DNA from: Candidatus Calescibacterium sp.
Lineage (GTDB): Bacteria > Calescibacteriota > Calescibacteriia > Calescibacteriales > Calescibacteriaceae
DNA length: 64,000 nucleotides
Assembly: GCA_032249135.1 (NCBI GenBank)
Contig: JAVVGL010000002.1
Location: forward strand, 74,141 to 138,140
Direction: 5' to 3'
The notes beneath the pieces were generated by a model. That model was not told the origin of the DNA, searched no databases, and saw only the letters and a list, made by a program, of their open reading frames with translations. Below, in pieces: positions 58,239 to 64,000 of this stretch. The position numbers were made by a program, and so were the translations under genes. The stretch's first letter is position 1; the number at the start of each line of letters is the position of its first letter.

Positions 58239-58865
58239 TTAAAATCCGTAAAGCAAAGACATTACAAATCTCGTTGGTTTTATAACAATAGTTTCAAATA
58301 TTGGCAATCCTAACCTATCCAATAAAACTATTACTAAAATTCCTACAAAACCGAACATCTCATATCTTATTGACTTTTCTACTGTCATTCCGGGTATTAG
58401 AGCAAAAAATACTCGTGAGCCGTCAAGCGGCGGTATAGGGATAAAATTGAAGAAAAAGAGAGCAAGATTGACAAAGGAAGCAGTTATAAAAAAATTGTTT
58501 AGAACCTCCGGCATTCCGAACAAAGAGTAAATCAGCTTATATATTATTGCAAATAGAACCGCAAGTCCAAAATTAGAAAGAGGTCCTGCCGAGGCAGATA
58601 TAGCAAAATGCAGCATAGGATTTTTAAAGTAATATGGGTTTATAGGAACAGGTCTTGCCCATCCGAAACCAAAAAATATCGCAAACAAAATTCCAAAAGG
58701 GTCAAGATGAGCCAGGGGATTCAAAGTGAGCCTCCCTAATCTTTTCGCCGTCGGATCACCGAGTTTCCAAGCACTCCACGCATGAAAAAATTCATGAACG
58801 GATAAGGAGAAAATAACTATCGGAATAATTAAAATCAAAGATTCAATACTAAACATTTCTAACAC
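58239..58865 (-). CDS. Site-2 protease family (M50) membrane metalloprotease
   Basis: HEFFH, GRLTLNPLAHLD, AGPLSN, FNFIPIPPLDGS. Confidence 0.93.
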   Translation of the reverse strand: MLEMFSIESLILIIPIVIFSLSVHEFFHAWSAWKLGDPTAKRLGRLTLNPLAHLDPFGILFAIFFGFGWARPVPINPYYFKNPMLHFAISASAGPLSNFGLAVLFAIIYKLIYSLFGMPEVLNNFFITASFVNLALFFFNFIPIPPLDGSRVFFALIPGMTVEKSIRYEMFGFVGILVIVLLDRLGLPIFETIVIKPTRFVMSLLYGF

Positions 58866-59000
58866 CCCACCAAGTTAATTTGATACTTTCCATTCATTCA
58901 TAAATAGACAAACTTTAATGAATTATTCACAAATTTTGTGAAAAATAAAAATACAAAAGAAGAAAGATAAAAAAGAAAAGAAAGGGAGAGTGAATGAAAA

Positions 59001-60020
59001 ATGGCTGTTGAAGTTTCTGAAATAGTAAGTTTTTTGGTAAGGTCACTTATTGTGATTTTCCTTCTTCTCAACATAGTACCTCTTATGGTTTTTGCTGAAA
59101 GAAAGATCGCAGCATTTGTGCAAGATAGAATAGGTCCGGAAAAATCAGGCCTTTATGGAATAATTCAACCCCTGGCTGATGCTGTCAAATTTTTCCTCAA
59201 AGAAGCATTCGTTCCCCCAGGGATAAATAAATTCCTGTATTATTTTAGTCCTATAATTACCGCAATAACTCCAATTTTAGCATTTATCACAGTCCCAATT
59301 ATTCCTATACTTCAACCTTTGAGTTCTGAACTTTCCGCTCTTGTTGTTCTCGCATTCTCTTCCATAGGTGTTTGGGGAATACTTTTGGGAGGTTGGACAT
59401 CTATGAACAAATTCTCTCTTCTCGGTTCTCTGAGAGCGGCTTCACAGTTCATATCATACGAGGTATCATTAGGGATATCAATTTTGTCTATGCTCATAAT
59501 ATACGGAACATTTGATTTTATCAAAATAGTTGAATCGCAAGAAGGCAGTATTTTTAACTGGGGAATTTTCCTTAACCCACTTGCATTTTTAGTTTTCTTT
59601 ATTTCCTCTTTTGCTGAAACAGCAAGAATTCCTTTTGATCTTCCAGAAGCAGAAGCAGAAATAGTTGCAGGGTACCACACAGAATATTCAGGAATGAAAT
59701 TTGCTCTTTTCTTTATGGGAGAATACATGCATCTGACTTTGGCATCCGCCCTACTTATAATATTTTTCTTCGGAGGCTGGAATTTACCATTTGTGAAGTT
59801 TGACCTTCCAGATGATTACCTTTTTGCTCCCGTATTTGAGTATTTGGTAGGATTCATAGTGTTTTCAGTGAAGCTTTTCATCTTACTTGCATTTTATGTT
59901 TTGGTAAGATGGACTCTTCCAAGATTTAGATTTGACCAACTTGTAAGATTTGGATGGGGAACCCTTTTACTCCTTGCACTCCTGAGCGTCATCGTATCAG
60001 CTTTTGTCGCCGTACTATAA
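59001..60020 (+). CDS. nuoH: NADH-quinone oxidoreductase subunit H
   Basis: ERKIAA.VQDRIGP, QPLADAVK, FAETARIPFDLPEAE, EYSG, RWTLPRFRFDQL. Confidence 0.96.
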   Translation: MAVEVSEIVSFLVRSLIVIFLLLNIVPLMVFAERKIAAFVQDRIGPEKSGLYGIIQPLADAVKFFLKEAFVPPGINKFLYYFSPIITAITPILAFITVPIIPILQPLSSELSALVVLAFSSIGVWGILLGGWTSMNKFSLLGSLRAASQFISYEVSLGISILSMLIIYGTFDFIKIVESQEGSIFNWGIFLNPLAFLVFFISSFAETARIPFDLPEAEAEIVAGYHTEYSGMKFALFFMGEYMHLTLASALLIIFFFGGWNLPFVKFDLPDDYLFAPVFEYLVGFIVFSVKLFILLAFYVLVRWTLPRFRFDQLVRFGWGTLLLLALLSVIVSAFVAVL

Positions 60021-60627
60021 GATTCGGGACAAAATTACAAAGTAAATCTGGGAGAAGATCTGATATAGTCTTGACAAACATATCTGGTTCAAAATTCACT
60101 TTATCTCCTACTTTTCTATATTTTAGGTTTGTAATCCTCATAGTTTCTGGTATTATATCAACTACAAAAGTTTTCTGTTTTATTTTGGAGACTGTAAGTG
60201 ATATTCCATCTATTGCAACAAAACCTTTTTCTATCACATATTTTTTTATTTCATCTTTGAGCTCAAATTCAAATCTTGCAAATTTCCCCATTTTTTCTAT
60301 TTTATTGACCGAAATAGTTGTGAGCACATGCCCCTGAACCAGGTGCCCTGATATTCTGCTCTGAAGCTTCAGAGCCCTCTCAAGATTTACAAAATCTCCA
60401 ACACAAAGCAAAGAAAGATTTGTCTTTTTCAGTGTTTCCGGTGAGAGATCAAAGGTGATAACACCATTTTTTGAAGATACAACTGTAAGACAAGCTCCAT
60501 TTACGCTAACCGATTCCCCTCTCTTTACCCTAAATTTTTCCCCTGCATAAATTTTTATGCTTTTACCACTACCCTTCTCTTCTATACTTACAACCTTACC
60601 AGTTCTTTCAACTATTCCAGAAAACAT
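59989..60627 (-). CDS. ribE: Riboflavin synthase (alpha chain)
   Basis: MFSGIVE, SVNGACLTV, VNLERAL, GHLVQGHV, DGISLTV. Confidence 0.95.
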   Translation of the reverse strand: MFSGIVERTGKVVSIEEKGSGKSIKIYAGEKFRVKRGESVSVNGACLTVVSSKNGVITFDLSPETLKKTNLSLLCVGDFVNLERALKLQSRISGHLVQGHVLTTISVNKIEKMGKFARFEFELKDEIKKYVIEKGFVAIDGISLTVSKIKQKTFVVDIIPETMRITNLKYRKVGDKVNFEPDMFVKTISDLLPDLLCNFVPNLIVRRQKLIR

Positions 60628-60667
60628 AAAATCTACCTATTTAAATTTCTAATTTAAATTTCTGAAT

Positions 60668-61945
60668 ATGAAAATTGTTTTCAGAATATCCACAAAATTA
60701 TTTTTCGTATTTCCTCTCTGCCTTCTTTTATCTTTTAAAGATAGGGAAAATTCCGGTGAGGAGACTCTCAACGAATATGAAAGATATTTAATTTCCGTAA
60801 TATCTGACATAAAAAATGGGAAATTTATAGAAGCAAAAGAAAAATTTGACGAATTAAAAAAAACAAATATTAATAAATCGGCTTTTCCAAATCTGTCAAA
60901 AAAATATGATGTAGATAAAATAATCGGACTTATAGAGAAAGAATTAACACTTTGGATGAACAAAAAGGAAGAAAAAAGAAAAAAGTATTTTTCCAGTGGT
61001 GATAAGATAAAGAAGATTTTTATATTTCCATCATCTGATGGAAAATCTGAAACCTATGAATCATTTGCTCGCTATATCCAAAATGAATTTGATGAGTATT
61101 TTATATTTTTTGACTCAAATATAGATTATGATTTGATTGATAACTCAGTTATAATAAATTTCTGGCAGAGAAACAAAATAAAACTTGTAAGTTCAAACTC
61201 AATTATAATAGATTTCTCTTCACCAAACTCACAACCTGAGGAAAACACAATCTATTTTTTACCGCACCTTTCTCATTTTGCAAGGACCATAATTTTATTC
61301 ATAAAGGAGAAAACAAAATGCACCCCTATAATTCTGTATAGAGAAGATGGAGAAAATATAATAAAAATTTTTCACGATGTAGCATATGCAGAAGGTGTTT
61401 CTGTTTCCTATGATATAAAATACTCAGGAATTGATGTAATTCCATTTATAAGAAAAAAATTTGAGGTGGAAGCAAAAAAAGAAGGAAAAAAAACTGAAAA
61501 AGAAATTATTGGATTTGCTGCTGAAAAAATACAAAAATCAGGTTGCGTGATAATTCTAGACAATTCCAAAAACTCCGCAGCTATAATACCCCAAATAAGA
61601 TTTATAGGAGCAAAAGATATAAAATTTTTCGGAATAATGTGGCACAGAATAAAAGATTACCTTGAAAAAAGATATTATAATTCTACATTCTACGCCGATA
61701 TAATCTCTTATAGAGCAGATAGGCAAAAAATATATATTGCTGAACTGAAAAAAATCTCAGAAAAAATATTATCACAACAATCCTTTTCTGGAATTACAGA
61801 TGATATAGAAATAAATAGTTCATCAGGAAAAATAATTCTAACTCCGCAGGGATTAATATTAAGAAATATAAAAATATATGAAGTCGGCGAAGAAGTAAAA
61901 CCAGTATTTGAACTTGAACCAGAAATATTCAAAGATAAAATGTGA
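60668..61945 (+). CDS. Exported protein with periplasmic-binding-fold C-terminal region (LpoA/LppC-like)
   Basis: Signal-like N-terminus; AAIIPQIRFIGAKDIKFFGIMW resembles LpoA-like proteins; weak similarity only. Confidence 0.45.
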   Translation: MKIVFRISTKLFFVFPLCLLLSFKDRENSGEETLNEYERYLISVISDIKNGKFIEAKEKFDELKKTNINKSAFPNLSKKYDVDKIIGLIEKELTLWMNKKEEKRKKYFSSGDKIKKIFIFPSSDGKSETYESFARYIQNEFDEYFIFFDSNIDYDLIDNSVIINFWQRNKIKLVSSNSIIIDFSSPNSQPEENTIYFLPHLSHFARTIILFIKEKTKCTPIILYREDGENIIKIFHDVAYAEGVSVSYDIKYSGIDVIPFIRKKFEVEAKKEGKKTEKEIIGFAAEKIQKSGCVIILDNSKNSAAIIPQIRFIGAKDIKFFGIMWHRIKDYLEKRYYNSTFYADIISYRADRQKIYIAELKKISEKILSQQSFSGITDDIEINSSSGKIILTPQGLILRNIKIYEVGEEVKPVFELEPEIFKDKM

Positions 61946-62076
61946 AAGATAAAGCTATCAGTTAATTAAAAATAAAAAACATTCTGTTTTTATTACTGAA
62001 AAATTACACCAAAATTAAAATTAAAGAGCAGGTAAATCAAAGCAAACAAAAAAATAAAAAGGAGGTAATAATTGAC

Positions 62077-63288
62077 ATGAGGGAAGCAGTAATAGTTGAT
62101 GCAATAAGGACCCCAATAGGTAAGTCAAGCTGGAAAGGTCTTGAAAAATGCGGTCCGATGGGACATCTTTCTGCAATTGAGTTAGCATCACTTCCGGTAA
62201 AAAAACTAATAGAAAGAACGAAAATTGATACCAGAGAAGTAGAAGATGTAGTTTGGGGATGCCTTTCTCAAATAGGAGAACAAGGATTTAACCTTGGAAG
62301 AACTCTCCTTTACCAGGCAGGATTCCATGATGAAGCAGTAGGAGTTACAATAAATAGGTACTGTGGTTCTGGTCTCCAGGCAGCAAACTTTGCAGCTCAG
62401 GAAGTTATGACGGGAGAATGTGATTTGGTAATAGCAGGCGGTTCTGAATCAATGTCAAGATATCCTATGGGTTCTGACGCACAAATCGCAGCAAAAGCAG
62501 GAGCTCCCCTTGTTATACCTGAGGCAGTTCAAATGAAAGGACTAGTTCCTATGGGAGTTGCAGCCGATATGATAGCTCAGAAATACAAAATAACAAGAGA
62601 AGAAGTTGAGGAGTTTGGTTTCAACTCCCAAAAAAGAGCAGCAACGGCTTGGAGACAGGGGATATACAACTCACAAGTATTCCCAGTTACCGTTAAAAAA
62701 GATGGTCAGGAATTTACAATAACACAAGATGAAGGAGTAAGGTTCAAAGTACTTGATGATCCAGAAGGTTTCATAGCCGATATGAAAAATCTTCCGTATT
62801 CATTTACCCCAGATGGTCCTCATACCCCTGCAACTTCATCTCAGATATCTGATGCAGCTTGTGCGATAATGATAACAACTCCTGAGAAAGCTCAAAAACT
62901 TGGTCTAAGACCACGAGCGAGGTTTGTATCTTTTGGACTTGCAGGGTCAGACCCAGTCCTTATGCTCACAGGAATAGCTCCGGCAATAAGGAATGCATTA
63001 AAAAAGGCAGGTCTTACAATAGACGATATTGATATAATTGAGATAAATGAAGCATTTGCATCACCTGTGATCTATGCAGCAAGAGAACTTGGAATAGATT
63101 GGAGAACAGATCCGAGACTTAATCCTAACGGTGGAGCAATAGCTCACGGACACCCAATAGGAGCAACGGGAGCAATACTTTTGACCAAAGCCCTTTATGA
63201 ACTTGAAAGAACTAAAAAAAGATACGCTTTAATTTCACTTTGCATGGGTGGAGGAATGGGAATCGCTACAATAATAGAGAGAATATAA
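62077..63288 (+). CDS. Acetyl-CoA acyltransferase (thiolase)
   Basis: RTPIGK, INRYCGSG, EINEAFA, NPNGGAIAHGHPIGATG, CMGGGMG; SD AGGAGGT. Confidence 0.95.
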   Translation: MREAVIVDAIRTPIGKSSWKGLEKCGPMGHLSAIELASLPVKKLIERTKIDTREVEDVVWGCLSQIGEQGFNLGRTLLYQAGFHDEAVGVTINRYCGSGLQAANFAAQEVMTGECDLVIAGGSESMSRYPMGSDAQIAAKAGAPLVIPEAVQMKGLVPMGVAADMIAQKYKITREEVEEFGFNSQKRAATAWRQGIYNSQVFPVTVKKDGQEFTITQDEGVRFKVLDDPEGFIADMKNLPYSFTPDGPHTPATSSQISDAACAIMITTPEKAQKLGLRPRARFVSFGLAGSDPVLMLTGIAPAIRNALKKAGLTIDDIDIIEINEAFASPVIYAARELGIDWRTDPRLNPNGGAIAHGHPIGATGAILLTKALYELERTKKRYALISLCMGGGMGIATIIERI

Positions 63289-63354
63289 AACCTAAGCTTA
63301 AATTAACTTTTTGGAAAATAAAACAAATAAACTAAGTTTTTTAACTTACAATTA

Positions 63355-63560
63355 GCTTCCTGCGTAGGGAAGCCCGTGAAAATCGGGCGCGGTCCCCAGC
63401 CGCCGTGACCCGAATCCGTGGTCAGGAGATGCCACTGGGTAGTGGGGTGAAAAATTATGAAGCTCGCTACCTCGGGAAGGCATCTCCAACCCAAAAAAAA
63501 GACCGCGGTAGGCTCGTTAAAAAAACGAGCCGAGGGAAGCCGGAAGACCTTGCAGGAAGC
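63355..63560 (+). ncRNA. Cobalamin (B12) riboswitch
   Basis: GC-rich island. Closing stem GCTTCCTGC/GCAGGAAGC; AGGGAA; P4 GCCCG-TGAAAAT-CGGGC; P5 GCGG-TCCCCAG-CCGC; GCCACTG...GGGAAGGC; B12 box AAGCCGGAAGACCT. Confidence 0.9.
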
Positions 63561-63585
63561 AAAAAACTCTGGGGGGTGAAAAACA

Positions 63586-64000
63586 ATGATAGAAAAAGAA
63601 TCTTTAACCAATGAAATATTAATAAACAAAAAAGGCACCTCAATTTCTCAAAAATCAATCTCTCAAAAATCAATCCCCAGAAAAACTTACTCTTCAATCG
63701 CTCGCTCTACCCTTCTACTCTCCTCTTTCCTTATTCTCTATATTTCATCCTGCGCACGTGAGAAAGAAAATCTTATACCTGAAAATATGATTCCACCGAA
63801 AATAGTAATAGGTGGAGAATCATCAGGTAAAATAGCTCTCATAAAAAAACAAGATGGAACAAAGCAGAAAATTATCATAAACGGAGTAAATGGCGCAGTG
63901 TTCCACCAGGTGATGTTTTCACACGATGGGAAATACATCTTTGCTGCTGCCTCAAACCTGAACAAAGTTTATGTTTTTGATGGTGAAAACCTTTCCTTGA
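63586..64000 (+). CDS. YncE-like beta-propeller lipoprotein, 5' part (runs off window end); candidate B12-uptake surface protein
   Basis: Manual translation: MIEKES...LLLSSFLILYISSC (lipobox) ARE...FHQVMFSHDGKYIFAAASNLNKVYVFDGEN; SD GGGGTGA; directly downstream of the riboswitch. Confidence 0.75.
   Translation, partial: MIEKESLTNEILINKKGTSISQKSISQKSIPRKTYSSIARSTLLLSSFLILYISSCAREKENLIPENMIPPKIVIGGESSGKIALIKKQDGTKQKIIINGVNGAVFHQVMFSHDGKYIFAAASNLNKVYVFDGENLSL

Noticed and set aside
59989..60020. 32-nt convergent overlap of nuoH and ribE 3' ends (similar short overlaps at 21366-21379 and 46115-46118)
   Set aside because: Short convergent overlaps are common in compact genomes; no further evidence of a regulatory role.
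63303..63697. ORFs 63303..63638(-), 63405..63614(+) and 63467..63697(-)
   Set aside because: They arise from the GC-rich riboswitch lacking stop codons and show no recognisable protein features.
356..63965. Numerous short ORF-track entries antisense to or overlapping long genes (e.g. 42490..43095, 42872..43468, 16653..17246, 55726..56136, 27686..28072)
   Set aside because: Shadow ORFs of well-supported genes; the Ser/Phe/Ile-rich composition is what the antisense strand of K/E-rich coding DNA gives.

Overview
AT-rich, gene-dense 64 kb of a bacterial chromosome. The strongly K/E/I-rich proteins suggest a thermophile, and the gene set looks deltaproteobacteria-like (fused NuoCD, RpoH, DksA, a MYXO-CTERM-like sorting tail); both points are inference. 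The window is mostly housekeeping genes: nuoCD, nuoH, mutL, ahcY, ftsW, pntA, flhA, fliO, fliQ, relA/spoT, rpmB, tlyA, pyrK, prfA, tyrS, trpS, glyS, grpE, guaB, infA, fabF, hisC, rpoH, hflX, dksA, tatC, ribE and a thiolase. It also holds tRNA-Cys(GCA), tRNA-Gly(CCC) and a cobalamin riboswitch in front of a beta-propeller lipoprotein. Most notable observations: (1) normally operonic genes are almost all orphaned, and many have a TAnnnT -10-like hexamer 5-9 nt before the ATG and no SD, suggesting a largely monocistronic, leaderless expression architecture; (2) a variable island at 26.5-29.8 kb has a decayed modular surface lipoprotein with a [MAI]IT[GA]R pentapeptide repeat and an Rpn-family nuclease flanked on both sides by degenerate copies of its own C-terminal (antitoxin-like) region; (3) an atypical B12 riboswitch contains an internal SD plus a 40-codon uORF whose stop lies inside the downstream gene's SD; (4) a tandem pair of retropepsin proteases follows an orphan gene remnant; (5) a probable serine palmitoyltransferase; (6) many 12-37 bp tandem micro-duplications at gene boundaries. 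No CRISPR array, prophage, rRNA or intact IS was seen.
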